Positions 1-14,428 of a stretch of DNA of 64,000 nucleotides are shown here, in pieces. Each line of letters opens with the position of its first letter. The stretch's first letter is position 1. Location: positions 72,416,001 to 72,480,000 of the forward strand of contig OX597825.1 in assembly GCA_951406725.2 (NCBI GenBank). The letters run 5' to 3'. The translations under genes and the position numbers were made by a program. Source of the DNA: Octopus vulgaris (Eukaryota). The notes beneath the pieces are model-generated. The model had not been told where the DNA came from, made no database searches, and saw only the letters and a list, made by a program, of their open reading frames with translations.

Positions 1-632
1 TCTTTCTCAGTACTTAGACTGCACCCACCCCAGGAACACAACATAAAATGGTCATATATACGTATACACACACATATGTAAGTATGAGTCTGTATGTGTT
101 TGTCAATCTGTCTATAGATATACAGATCGATAGATAGATAGACAGATAGAAAAACAGACAGACAGATAGAGAGATCTAAATATGCATATGTGCATAGGTA
201 TATTTATGCCGATCCACATTATGATTAATAAGAATGGTCTTTCTTCATAAAAGACCAGATTTAGGATTTGTCCTGAAATAAGGTTTGATGAATATCATAG
301 TTCCATAGTTTATTGCCAAATCGCTATCAATCGCCAGCTTTATGTGATTAAGATCTTTACCATTCTTAAAAGGGCTAGGCTTATATATGATATATATATA
401 TATATATACACACACACCACACACACACGCACACACACGCGCACACACACACACACACATCTACTTTGTTGCCTTGTAGGTGCAGGCTACGCTGTATAGT
501 AAAAATGTTTGGTTCCTGGTTCAAACCTATTTCATGGCACTTTGGGCAAGAGCTTCTACTAGAGCACCGGGCCGACGAAAATCTTGTGAGTGTACTTGGT
601 AAACGGAAACAAAAAAGAAGCCCGTGCTATAT

Positions 633-730
<98 letters not shown>

Positions 731-1429
731 GGTACTACTTGAAGCACCAGCATGCTAAAACTAGCTGTCAAAACGACTCAAAACCACAGTTACAAGTAGC
801 ACTGTTCGTTATTAATTGATAATTTTGCCTTTATGGTTCTGTTTCTAATAAGAAACATTATTTGATTTTAATTAGCAAAGTAACATTATGATTAAAAACG
901 GTGCCATCATTTTGTTAAAATATCGACACACTAGAATACTTTAAAAATGAGAGCTAGAAGTACCAATATAGCCAAAGTTTTCTGCAAAGTGGAATGGTAT
1001 GGTAGGCAAATTCATTATGTAAAAAGTAGGCATTGGGTCAAGACTAAATATGTGAAGAATTGCCAATAACTTAGGCAATTATTTAAGCAAATTTTTACTG
1101 TGAATTTGTTATAGGTAGATTTTACTATAATATATAACTAATTTTTGTATTATTCTGTTTATTGTACTAAATATGTACTACTATTATTTTTATAGCCTAC
1201 TTTCAAATTTCTAATTGTTAATAATTTTTAAAAATTGAATTTTTTAAAGTGCAAAAAATATTTTGAATTATTTTTCATTTTTAATATAAATAACAAATAA
1301 TAACAAATAGAAGTTATAACTTGTAATAAAATTTTTACTTTTTATGAACATTAATATCTTCTAAATCTAATTATTTTATTTGAAATTTTATCCTTAGCTA
1401 CAGCATTTTAAGTAAAAATTTTCATCCGC

Positions 1430-2190
1430 GACCCACACATAATAATGAAAGATGTTGCAATCTGAGGAGTTAGGTGGCCAGACGTTAGGGGTGATGTGGT
1501 TGCAGAAATTGTCTGACAACCACGACTGGGTTTTCCTGCCTTTGTGGCATGGTGCATATTTATGTTGCCAGACATAGGATCTTCCAGCAGCCACCCTCTT
1601 AACCCAGGCGTTAGATGTAGGCCTCTGTGTTGAGTTTGACGCCGTGTGGGAAGATGAATGGAGGCATAACGTCACCATCACTAGTGACCACTCCAAACAC
1701 CATGATATTGACAGGATGTTTGACATTTATCACTCTCGGTACATATTTTGGGGACATGGAAGCCAATGCTGTTCTGTATGTTCACTATCTGACCCTGGCA
1801 AAAATTTTCCTCGTCTGTGAAATACCAAAGAATGTTCGGATGGAAGGGATGCTTGAGTTTGTTCATAAGCTTCGTAGCTCAGTCTTTCCTCTCGTCCTCC
1901 ATGGCTTATGATGAAAGTTGGTCCTTTCTCATCCTGTATGATGAATGCGAAATGTCTTTATGCATTACCTGCTTCATAAGAAACGGAGATTCTCCCATGT
2001 CCCTGGCGATGGACTTGATTGACTTGGAGGGATCGTTGTCAATCATGGCCTGGATCTCATCAACAAATTCAGAAGTTTTTTTCTTATCAGAATGATCAGA
2101 GTAAGTTTTCCGAGCTGCTATACTTCGTAATCACCATTATATTCATCAAACACTTTCGGGATCCTCTGCATTGTCCTCAGATTCACACCC
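1430..2190 (-). mobile_element. Decayed Tc1/mariner transposase, maT (DD37D)-like
   Basis: Minus-strand frames give FTDEENFCQGQ, VMPPFIFPHGVKLN, WVKRVAAGRSYVWQ, APCHKGRKTQSWLSDNF and WPPNSSDCNIFHYYVW (cf. WPPNSPDLNPLDY); frameshifted, with stops. Confidence 0.85.
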
Positions 2191-2373
2191 ATCGCACACT
2201 GTATGTATGTATATATATATACATATACATACACATATATATCATCGCACACTGTATGTATGAATATGTATATATATATACATACACACATATATATATA
2301 TATGTATGTATATGTATTTATATGTATGTATATGTATATATATGTATGTATATGTATATATATATATATACAT

Positions 2374-2460
<87 letters not shown>

Positions 2461-2513
2461 CACACACACATACATACATATTATATGTGTGTGTGTGTGT
2501 GTATGTGTGTGTG

Positions 2514-2818
2514 TGGAGGCGCAATGGCCCAGTGGTTAGGGCAGCGGACTCGAGGTCGTAGGATCGCGCTTTCGATTCCCAGACGGGGGCGTTGTTAGTG
2601 TTTATTGAACGAAAACACCTAAAGCTCCACGGCATGGGATGTTGGCGATCCCTGCTGTACTCTTTCGCCACAACTTTCCCTCACTCTTTCTTCTGTTGGT
2701 CTGCTCGCTTAGCCAGCGGGGTGGCGTCTTTTGAAGGCTAATACAATACGAAGCGCATTGTGACCAGCGATGTGTAGCAACATCTGACAGCCTTGCCGGT
2801 CACGGTGATCACGGTGAT
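2514..2818 (+). mobile_element. tRNA-derived SINE, family C (head C1, tail X)
   Basis: Head tggaggcgcaatggcccagtggttaggg (A box) and ttcgattcc (B box); the same tail recurs at 36400-36582 and 42444-42520 on the minus strand. Confidence 0.85.
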
Positions 2819-3964
2819 ATATATATATATGGATATATATACATGCTTATATATATGTAAGTATGTTTTATATTCTTCTCTTGATATGATTATAAATAAA
2901 CGTTTACAAATCTCTATTTGTGGAGTCATGTACTTTTGTACATATTTTATGCGTATATTTGTGTATGTCGGTGTGTGTATACAGATACACACACACATAC
3001 TCTTACCGATATGCACACATATGTGCCTTTGTGTGCATGTATGTGTGTTTGTGTGTGTGTGTGCGAGTGCGTGTGAGTTTGTCTAAATCCACGCCTACTA
3101 AGTCCAGCTGGTTTACCTGCCAAGTCGCCGCAAATAGTCCTACCATCATTATTCGGAACAAGTCACATCCTCAACTGGAAGGCGTGTATTGTAACGCCTC
3201 AGAATGTTTAACCAGCGGGAAAACAAAGTGTTTTTACTTGTCATTTCACGGCATAGAATCAGCCTCACCTTCAAAATTGAAACCAGTTATTTTGAACATT
3301 TGCTCATATTTCTTTTCAATGATAGAATCTTTCTATCTGCCACTCCTCATCGAAATGTCTCTGTAAATAGCACTTCTGTAAATAAAGACCCTCTCACCAG
3401 CCCCACCACCACCTTTCCTGTTTCCTGCATCCTGTCTGGTTTAACTATCCTTAGACACGCATCATATACACACATTCGTACAAACCCTAAAAGCATCGCA
3501 CAACCATGTGCCAGTGAGCAATCAGACACAAACACGCAGACACATATACACACAAGCTTCTTAAGAAACCCCACTAGACTCCTGTTTCGGAGCTTACTTC
3601 TTTCAAAGCATTTATCTGTTGACCTCAATCCATCATTGTACCAGTCTATACGTTACTTTTAAAATATATCCCTTAGTTGACTTATTTCCTCGCCAATTTG
3701 TTTTAATCTTTTTCTACCCTAATTTGTGAGAATTTATTAGAGTATACGTATTTTTTCGCGGAGAGCAACACGTCTGTTCGTGCCAAACCATGACGGTTCG
3801 TAATCTTCAGGTCTGCCCTTCAAACATGATGAATAATGTCACAAACAACCACTTCATTCTCACTTTGTCTCTTCACCTTCTAGGCAAGCCCCAGCAACGA
3901 GACTGTTCTGGTTTAGTTTTAACAGACTTGCTTTCTTTGCTTGTGCTATCGTTTCTTTTAAAAA

Positions 3965-4355
3965 AATTCGAGGAAAAGATTGATTTTGTCAAGGTTCATC
4001 CAAGGCTGGGACCACGGGCCATACGTCCCCTGCCTGCCCAATTCAGGATCACAGCATATAGGAACACTGCGACATAATTTCTTTTCCTCAACAGGCCCTG
4101 TCCTGTTTAACATTATCCCAAAAGAGATCAAAGAGGAAAAGGATCCCATCACTTTTAAACGGAGTCTGGACAGATCTCTTCAGGGAATGCCGGATAAGCC
4201 ACCCATACTCGGATACAACTCAATTAACAAGAACTCACTACTTGAATGGACCATAAACAAAACTCGACTTAAACAGGATTTAGATAATCCTATCAGGTGG
4301 TGCTATTAAGTTAGACATGGCCTGGACCAAACTTTGGTCGAAACATATCTAAGTT
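3965..4355 (+). mobile_element. 3' end of a CR1-group LINE, divergent family
   Basis: GPVLFNIIPKEIKEEKDPITFKRSLDRSLQGMPDKP...NSLLEW aligns with the C-terminus of the 694-aa RT ([14 protein letters not shown]...[16 protein letters not shown]...NSLLDQW); followed by a catggcc-hairpin-gaaac tail. Confidence 0.75.
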
Positions 4356-4573
4356 TATTATCAACAAAAAGGATGCGTGCAGACAGAATCGTTAACACGT
4401 CGGACAAAATGCTTCACCGCATTTCATCCGGTTCTTTACGTACTTAATTCAAATTTTGTTGAGGTCAAATTTGCCATTCATACCTTCGGGCTCGATGAAG
4501 TACCAGTTGAACGGATTTGGTGAATGGAAGCTAATAGAATTCTTTCATACCTATCTATCTAGCTACCTACACA

Positions 4574-4621
<48 letters not shown>

Positions 4622-4644
4622 AACACACACACATCGTGTTATAA

Positions 4645-4978
4645 AGGCGCTGCGTTAATGCTTAGTGGCAACAGGTATTCAGCACGCGATCGTAAGGTCA
4701 TGAGTTCAATTCTCGGCGGCGCGTTGTGTCCTTGAGCAAGACACTTTATTCACATTGCTTCTGTCCACTCAGATGGCAAAAAAGAGTCGTGCCTATATTT
4801 CAAAGGGCTTGCCTTATCAAATTCTCTGTCACGTTGTATATCCCTGAGAACTATATTAAGGGTACACGTGTCTGTGGACTACTCAGCCACTTGCCCTTGC
4901 ATGTTAATTTCATGAGCAGGTTCTTACGTTGATCGGATCAACTGGAAACTTCATCTTCGTAATCAACGGAGCGCCAGT
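4645..4978 (+). mobile_element. tRNA-derived SINE, family C (head C2, tail Z)
   Basis: cttagtgg A box, gagttcaattc B box, ccttgagcaagacacttt core; homologous to 26291-26570. Confidence 0.75.
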
Positions 4979-5273
4979 TAGCTGTATTAAGTGTGTGTTT
5001 CTTTGAGTTTGTTTCTTCCACCGCATGACAACCGGTTTTACGTCCTGGTTAATAAACGGTTTGGGATAAAGTGTACAATTGAATAAGTACCAGGCATTGC
5101 AAAAATAGGTACTGGAATCAATTTGCTCGAATAAGCACTTCAAGGTGATGACATAGTCCAGCAACTGAAACAAGTAAAATATAAAAGATTGAAAGATAAA
5201 TAATGTTTATCACTACCTGAGTGTGAGAGTTCTATGAGAACAAGGGATACTGCAATGTCTAACAGGCGAGTAT

Positions 5274-5320
5274 CTGTCACTGAAGAAGACTAAAATGACG
5301 TCGAAATCATGATCTGGTGG
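5274..5320 (+). ncRNA. Type I hammerhead ribozyme motif
   Basis: ctgtca CTGAAGA a gac-taaaatgac-gtc GAA atcatgat C tggtgg: intact core, 3-bp helix II, palindromic helix III, AUC triplet, wobble-rich helix I. Confidence 0.65.
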
Positions 5321-6439
5321 CCTCCGAACAAGTTAGGACTTCTCTCCCTGCTTGCAATATATATCGAGCGCGAAACACATTAAATAACTAGCTGGAAGAA
5401 GCGTCCACCTGGGGTTGAAATAGCAGTATCGTCTGTTCTTATAGAAGACCCACGTTTAGGCGGCGATAAACATTACTTCTCAGCATAAATACTGCTTTCG
5501 TCTCTAATAAAGATTTTCTTAACGAGCTAGTTTGCTAACTGAAAGATAAATCTTGACACATGTACTAGCATTCTTTCTGTGTAACCAAATTTCATTTCAG
5601 AAGCCGACCATTTGTAAAACTAAACTGAAACTCCAGTTTAAAACTTTCGGCTGAGCACCCTCCCAATTTTCAGGCCTTGTGCCTAATTGTAGAAAAAACA
5701 ATTGCTACAAGGCTAGCAATTTTAGTGGTAAGGGTTACACAACTACATTGATCCCAGTACTCAGTCGGTATTTATTTTATCAACCACAATGGAGTTTGAA
5801 CTCGGAACGTAATGATTCGGAAGAAATATTGGAACGCATTTTTCTCCATGTTCTAACAATCTTACCTGATCGCAGCTTTTTGCGAGGAAGTGAAAATAGT
5901 ATTTGCGTTGTTTGCTTTTCATAAAGCGGTAAGATGAGAATTTAGCTGCTGTTTCTAGCATGATTGGTTACCACGTTCAAAAATATCATTGCTTAATGTC
6001 TGTGTGTGTCTGTGTGTTTGCTTTTTTGTGCGCTCTAGAAAAGCATCTATCTCCTTCAAATTATGGACCTAATCGTTAGAAGCCAAAGCTTCAAAAGTCG
6101 TTGGTTATTTAATAAAGAATAGCAGCATCATTATTGACTAAACTTGGTGATCGTACAAAAATACTGTCACCGTAAACAAAATCTTTATTTATCAACTTCA
6201 AAAGCCAGTGGTTGCTACTGTAGCTTTTATTAGGAATCCTGCAACTAAGTATTTTTGAATGAGGAATGTATAAATGTTGATGTGGAAATTGCAAATTAAA
6301 TTTGCAGTACAAATTACACATTTTGCAGCAAAAGAGTAACGACCGGTCGATGTAAGATGGTAATTCATTCTCTCCATCAATGTTTGTTTCTACCTATCTA
6401 TTTATCTATGTACGTTTGTCTATGTATATTTCTATTTAT

Positions 6440-6997
<558 letters not shown>

Positions 6998-7041
6998 GTT
7001 TGTCTGTCTGTTTATACACACACACACACACACAGATATAC

Positions 7042-7156
7042 ATATACGGGCGAAGGTAAAGAATACGCACACCCGGTGTTTAGGGTTAGCGTTAGGGTTA
7101 GGGTTAGGGCTACGTCGAAAACGAGTGGTGTGCGTATTCTTTACCTCAACCGATAT
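7042..7156. repeat. Small inverted-repeat element enclosing TTAGGG repeats
   Basis: Perfect 20-bp inverted repeat aggtaaagaatacgcacacc (7054-7073 / 7127-7146) around ttagggttagcgttagggttagggttaggg. Confidence 0.85.
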
Positions 7157-7516
7157 TTGTCTATCTATCTTTCTGCCTAACTACATATCAGTCTACATGT
7201 CTATCAGTCTATCTAACTATCTATCAATTTATCCATCCCTCTATCTATCTATCTATCTATCCATCCAGCCATCCAGCCATCCTTCTATCTACCTGTCTGT
7301 TTATCCGTTTATCAATCTATGATTTAAATCTGTATACCAGCTTTCGACTCCTGGCTTCGTATAACTTATTTTCGTAAAGGCATTAGGCACAGACGTGGGT
7401 GTGAGGTAAGAATTTTGCTTCCTAACCACATGGTTCCGGATATTATATTATGGCTCCGGGACTGACAAAAGCCTTGCGAGTAGATTTGGTAGACGGAAAC
7501 AGGAAGCAGCCCATCT

Positions 7517-7582
<66 letters not shown>

Positions 7583-7706
7583 TGTATGTATGTATGTATA
7601 TGCATATTATATATTATATATTAGGAGGTTATATGTATATATATATTTTTTTTTATTCTTATTGTTAATGAAGATATCTTAGAATTTGTATGATTAAGTT
7701 GGATCC

Positions 7707-7764
<58 letters not shown>

Positions 7765-7767
<3 letters not shown>

Positions 7768-7850
7768 GCCTGAGGACGCACTGGTGGATTTATGTATTAG
7801 GTATAGCCTGGTAAAACAAACCACCAGGGTAGAAACACGTGTAGCGTTGA
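7765..7850 (+). ncRNA. Degenerate type I hammerhead ribozyme motif (Penelope pLTR-like)
   Basis: CTGAGGA...ctggtgg/ccaccag helix II...GAA acacgtgt A: palindromic helix III and GUA triplet; helix I only 2 bp. Confidence 0.55.
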
Positions 7851-8116
7851 TTAAAATTATCTTCTTTCCCCACAGACTAAAACAGGTAAGTTATATATAT
7901 TTTTTAAAATATGTTTAAATAATTTTAAGATAAATCTAATGTACTTTATTTTATTGTACGTTATAGTAGGCTTTAAAATGATTATATTATTAGATTAGTA
8001 TTTTGGATATAACTTTCTATGTGTACTCCAAAAATAAGGTTGTCCTGAAATTGAAGTCGTGATACTATTGGTAAAATCCCAAATCTGTAAAAATGGAGAG
8101 TTGAAAGTTAATCGCT

Positions 8117-8283
8117 ACGTTCCGAGTTCAAATTCCACCGAGGTCGACTTTGCCTTTCATCCTTTCGGGGTCGATAAATTAAGTACCAGTGAAACACTGG
8201 GGTTCGATGTAATCGACTTAATCCCTTTGTCTGTCCTTGTTTGTCCTCTCTGTGTTTAGCCCCTTGTGGGCAATAAAGAAATA
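8117..8283 (+). mobile_element. SINE family B, 5'-truncated, tail B1
   Basis: gagttcaaattcc...gactttgcctttcatcctttcggggtcgataaa...ttagccccttgtgggcaataaagaaata matches the full copies at 33213 and 48719. Confidence 0.9.
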
Positions 8284-10377
8284 AAATGATACTTCACACT
8301 TCCTACTGTTCTTTCAATTGAAGCAGCTTTATGAAGTATGAAGCATCGTTTTATTAATAAAAATTAACTTTCACCTCTACATTTTCTTTTCAGCTATTAA
8401 ACGAATACGGATTATATGTATAACATGTACCAGGCACAACTGTCCGGTCTAGTAATCGAATTCACGACCTTAAGATCGGGAGTCAAACACCTCGATCACT
8501 AGGCCTCATGCCTTCCCATGATGTATTTCTTTTTCAATTATTAGCACAAGGCCAATAGTTTCCAGGAGAAGGGCAAGTCATCAACCCTAATACTTGGCTG
8601 CTATTTTATTTTATCAAATCCGAAAGGATGAAAGGCAATGTCAACCTCGGTCGTATTTGAACGCAGAAAATAAAGAGACAGAAGATATTCCGGTGCCTTC
8701 ATATCGTATGCGAAATCTTCAAAATCCATTTTGAAGCAACACCGCGCCAATATGGTTAATTATCCAATTACTGATATTTCGGATTATGAAAATCATAATA
8801 ATTAACTCTATTCATCATAATTGGTCTATTTTGTTTTCATTTCGTGCTGGACTACACATCGATCTGGCCGGGGGCGATTCCTGTAGCTTATCAGCTTTTC
8901 TATAAGCAAACATTGTTTGCTACTCGCTTAAACTTTCTCCATTTTGAGACAAAGAAATGCTGGGGGGTGATGGTGGTGGGGGGCACGAAACGTCACACAG
9001 CGAAATATCGACGATTCTAGAAGAGAGACAGAGAGAGATTCAAAGAGACAGGTAGACAGACAGGCGAAGAAAGAGACAAAGCGGGAGTAGAATCGACTAC
9101 TGTATTTGACTGATACCTTAGTTAAATTGACCCCGGATGGGTGAAAGGCCAAGTTGACGTAAGCAGAAGCTCTACTTAAAGTACATAGTACAAATACCGC
9201 AAGACATTGTATCGGCAACGATTTCTTTAATTCGCTGCCTACAGTACATTGATATTGATTTCAAATTTTTGGTACAAGGTCAGCAATCTCGTGGGACGGG
9301 TTAAGTCACTTACATTAACCCCAGTGTTCAGCTGGTACTTATTTTATCGATCGCGAAAAGATGAATGGCAAAGTCGACCTCATTAATATTGGTTTGAAAT
9401 TTTGGTACAAGGCCAGCAATTTTGAGGGAAGAGCTAAGTTAATATCGTCGACCCAAGTATTCAGCTGCTACTTATATTATCGAGCCTGAAATGATGAAGG
9501 GCAAATTCGGCCTCGGTGGAATTTGAATTTAGAACATAAAGATGGGAGAAATGTCGCTAAGCATTTTGCCCGGCACGGAAACACCCAAGTAAGCTTTGGC
9601 ATGGATTTGAGCTTAGAATGCAGAGAACCAGAATAAATAACACAATGCCTCCTATTCAATTTTCTTTTACAGTTCCGTTAATCCACCGACCTGGCTTAGT
9701 CGTTTTGTTAAATTGATCCCGTAAATATAAAGAGCCAAGTTGGCCATGATGTGAGTTGAACTCAGATTGGCAAGAATCAAATAGACTGCCTTAACGCTCT
9801 GACAATCTACCCTACCAATTCGTAGTGTCATTTATTTTTTCTTCTTCAACATCGTTGTTGCACAAATTTAGTGGTGGTAGTTCAATAATGTATTGATTGT
9901 CATGGAAATGGAAAATTCGATCAGCCTAAAAGTAAACCGATAAATATCTTGTAGGTTTTCAGTTAGTTAGGCAAGTCAGCATTGTTCTTCAGACAATATA
10001 TCGTTACTTTCATGCTTATCCTGTAGCTTGTTAAGAGAAGGATGACGTTCCTAATGTAATCAAATTCCACATAACGAAAACACAAGTAAACCAAGGAAAG
10101 ACTACTAATCAACGAAAACCACAGCGTTAATAAAAATGTACGTCAGTAATGTTTTAGTGTTAAAGGTAATACCCTTTAATAAATAAAAAGGAGTCACCTC
10201 TGAAATAAATCTACTGAATTGTTTATAATCAGAAGAGTATGCTGTCAATACTCTTCCTAACAATACTAACACTCGTCAGTATTGGGGGGGGGGGTTCCCC
10301 CAAAACTCGTGTACGAAAATGATTGGTAAAATCGACTGAAATGGATTTATAGTAATATAAGCACATACATACATATA

Positions 10378-10540
10378 TGTTCATACCTGTAATTATTGGG
10401 GCTCTTGGATATGTAACACATTTCCTAAATACCAATGTTGAGAAATTAGGCTTCTCAAAATCAGAAAGACGAAAGATAATTCAGACTACAGATCCAATCC
10501 ATACAAATGTGTAAAGCCTTCCAGAAGTTTATCCTTTAAA
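10378..10540 (+). mobile_element. C-terminal fragment of an RLE-type non-LTR retrotransposon (R4/Dong-like)
   Basis: Translates FIPVIIGALGYVTHFLNTNVEKLGFS; a PVxIGALG motif is typical just after the restriction-like endonuclease core. Confidence 0.6.
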
Positions 10541-10878
10541 GATATATGAGCATGTCTAGATATGAAACTATATGCGTGAGAATACATACATAAAACAAAA
10601 CATACAAATCTGCACATATGCATACATACATGCATATATACATACATACATACATACATACATACATACATACATACATACATGCATACATACATACATA
10701 CATACATACATACATACGTTCAATCAAAAGCAACCTATTATTGGTGTTGAAATTCCAATGACGGAGCCTTGAATCTAGGTTAGAGAACGGCTCTTTCTTT
10801 ATTGGCAAGAAATCTTGAAATAAAACTAAATAATGACATACATATATTGACAGACATACAGATAGATAGGTAGGTAAG

Positions 10879-10954
<76 letters not shown>

Positions 10955-11262
10955 CACAATAATGAAGATTGAAGCTACACATCTTTTCAGATACACTAGC
11001 AGAGATACCCGGCCTTGCTCAGGATTAAAATGGCATATTTTTTATTTATTGTTTTACTTGAGGCAGTCATGTGACATAAGGCCACCAATTGGTGATGGGG
11101 AGGGATTATTGATTATATCGTCCTCGGTACTTGGTTCGTACTTAATTTTACCAAACCAAAAGAGTGAAACGTAAGATTGTCATCAACGATATTTGAACTC
11201 AGAAAGTAAAGAGCCGGAAGAAATGCTGCTAAGCATTTTGTTCGACACACTAAAATTCATAT

Positions 11263-11569
11263 TTTATTTATTTACGCACCCTTTTGAAGCCTAGCCAGGC
11301 TCATGGGCCCAGTTTCCCGGTTTCTATGGCGTATGTGTTCCCCCCCCCCCAGCTGGACGGGACGCCAGTCCATCGCAGCGTTACTCAAGAAACAGGAAGA
11401 AAAAGGGAGAGAAAGTTGGGACGAAAAAGTACGACAGGGGTCGCCACAACCCCCTGCCGGAGCCTTGTGGAACTTTAGGTGTTTTCGCTCTATAAACACA
11501 CACAATGCCCGGTCTGGGAATCGAAACCGCGAGTCCGCTACCCTAACCACTGGGCCATTGAGCCTCCAC
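11263..11569 (-). mobile_element. SINE family C (head C1, tail Y) with 11-bp TSD
   Basis: TSD aaaattcatat at 11252-11262 and 11570-11580; head matches the 2514 copy and tail matches the 21151 units. Confidence 0.9.
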
Positions 11570-11898
11570 AAAATTCATATACTTATAACAAATACTACGA
11601 TAGTTAATGCGTTCAAACTTTTTTAAAGCGTGTAGTATACGATTTTAGCGTGACTAGTTTACTATTTCTAGCAGATTGAACGACTGCATAGATATAGAGG
11701 GTCCCTCATTGGTTCGTCTTCATAACCATTTATTTCAATGTTGGGCCGTTTCAACGACAATCCACTCCCCTTTAAATAATGCAGCAACTAACACATCATT
11801 CCACCGAGAACAACACTAATATTATACATGCCAGATGCGTTCAAGCAATACATATCCATTATTTAAGTGTTGCATTACTATACCTGTATTACTATACC

Positions 11899-11955
<57 letters not shown>

Positions 11956-12007
11956 GTATATACATATATATATATGCATATATATATATGCATATATATA
12001 CATATAC

Positions 12008-12123
<116 letters not shown>

Positions 12124-12601
12124 TACATATATATATATATATAAGAGAGAGAGAGAGAGAGAGAGAGAGAAATGGATAGAGAGATAGAGAGATAAATAGA
12201 TAGAGACATATATACTTTTATATATATATATACACATACATACCCATATGAATACGAATTATATGCTCTATACATATACACACACATACATACATACACA
12301 CATCCATACACACATACACACCCATACATACATATATATACACACACACACACATGCATGCACACACATACATACATACATACACACACTCATACATACA
12401 CGCATCCATTATTTAATGTTTTGTCATTCATAATACTGTGCTATTGTTGTTTTTGTTGTACTTTTTTTTTCACCATCGTCGAAGCCGGCGTCATCATCGT
12501 AGCCGTCGTCGTTATCGTTGCAGTGGTTCTGGGTCCCATATTGGTTTGAGTAGTGCGTAAGAGAGCTCAACGTAAACTCTGACGTGTAATACATTTTATT
12601 A

Positions 12602-12651
<50 letters not shown>

Positions 12652-13191
12652 TCTTTTTCCTCTTCTGTTACCTACCTATTCGTAAATCTCAAAATTTTCT
12701 CTATATCAAAATAAACGCTGAATGAATGGATAACAACTAGTAAAAGTAAACGAAAATGGAAACAATAAATAATATGACAAAAACACAACAAAATCACCAC
12801 GCAATCATAAGTTATAAATATTAAACAAACAAAAACATATGTAATAGAATATAACTTTAGAGAATAGAAAGATAAGCAAGGCAAACAAAAGCTATTGATT
12901 TCTAAAGCGAATGGAATGAAACTCTTGGGGTAAGTCTTTACAATGGCAAATTCTAACTCGTATGCTTTAAACCGAGAATATTCTAAACAATAACATTCGA
13001 TACAGTTTTACATGCAATTCTGTCCATGTGTGTGTGTGTGTGTGTATGTGTGTGTGTATGTGTGTGTGTGGGTGCGTGTGTGTGTGTGTGCGTGAATGTG
13101 TGTTTATGTGTGTGTGTCTGTACATACATATTTGTATCTTCAATATGCGTATGAGTATATGTGTGTTTATTCACGTATGTATATGCTTATG

Positions 13192-13226
<35 letters not shown>

Positions 13227-13632
13227 TTCACACACATAACTACGTACAAACACATATAAATTATATATATATATGTATACATATTATATATGTATTATTC
13301 AGATTATTATTCAGATGCATATATATGTACATATGTACATATATGTATATATTGTATACCTTATACTTATAAGGTGTAAATAAATATATATATGTATATA
13401 TATATAATATACGTATATTATATATATATATATCATATATGTATATATTATATATATAGTATATACATATATATAGTTTTATATAATGGGCATATATGTT
13501 GTGTGTGCTTAAGCGCGCATGTGCACACTGTATTCATAATTGTAATATAAGTGCTTGTGTCGATAGTAAATCCATTTCATATACCCACATAAGTGTATGT
13601 GCATGTATGTGTATAAAGTGTGTGGATGCGTT

Positions 13633-13676
<44 letters not shown>

Positions 13677-13680
13677 TATA

Positions 13681-13737
13681 TATTATTATTATCAATTATT
13701 ATTATTCTTACTATTATTATTATTATTGTTATTATTA

Positions 13738-13774
<37 letters not shown>

Positions 13775-13889
13775 CATTATTATTATTATTATAATCATTA
13801 TTATTATTATCATTATTATTATTATTATTATCATTATTATTATTATCATTATTATTATTATTATAATCATTATCATTATCATCATTATT
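13681..13889. repeat. (TTA/TCA)n microsatellite
   Basis: Direct reading; source of the poly-Y, poly-I, poly-L and poly-N ORFs. Confidence 0.97.
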
Positions 13890-14428
13890 GAAGAAAAATA
13901 TTGCTGACAGTGACTTCGAAATGTCAGCCATCTAAACCATTGTCTGACGATGTGTTTCCTTGCCAAAACTTGGGAGTCACTGTCAACAATATTCTTGTTT
14001 AAGAACAATAAATTTGCAATCTACAAATGTACGGAATAACCCATCAGATTAATGCAAAATTGCTTTTATTGTAACTAAACATAAAAACATACATTAATAC
14101 ATACACATCCACACATACACTTACGCGCATACACACACACACACACACACACATACTGTTTCATAACACGCGGCCAAACGTTTCGCTCATCGTACGCTTA
14201 TCAAAGGAATGAAGTGATTGGAGTGGGTGTTAGCTATAGTATTATAGTTGAGAATTGGAGGCGTTTCAAAGAAACAGGGGCTGCACTAAGTATGATATGA
14301 GAAATTTTATGTTTAATGAGAGAGAAAATATAAAGAGGAAACGGGTGTAGAGAAAGGCGGCGAAATAGAGGAACATCAAATATACTAAGATATAAATAAT
14401 TTTGTACAGGGGGATATAAAAAATATTG

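Noticed and set aside
3085-3500. Possible decayed LINE APE endonuclease on the minus strand (RKGGGG and ICGDL-like motifs)
   Set aside because: Only two short motifs in broken frames; needs TBLASTX to call
7079-7110. True telomere or chromosome fusion site
   Set aside because: Only five units, one orientation, enclosed in a small inverted-repeat element
12470-12590. Hydrophobic stretch resembling a transmembrane exon
   Set aside because: Derived from degenerate (GTC/ATC)n repeats, with no convincing splice sites or neighbouring exons
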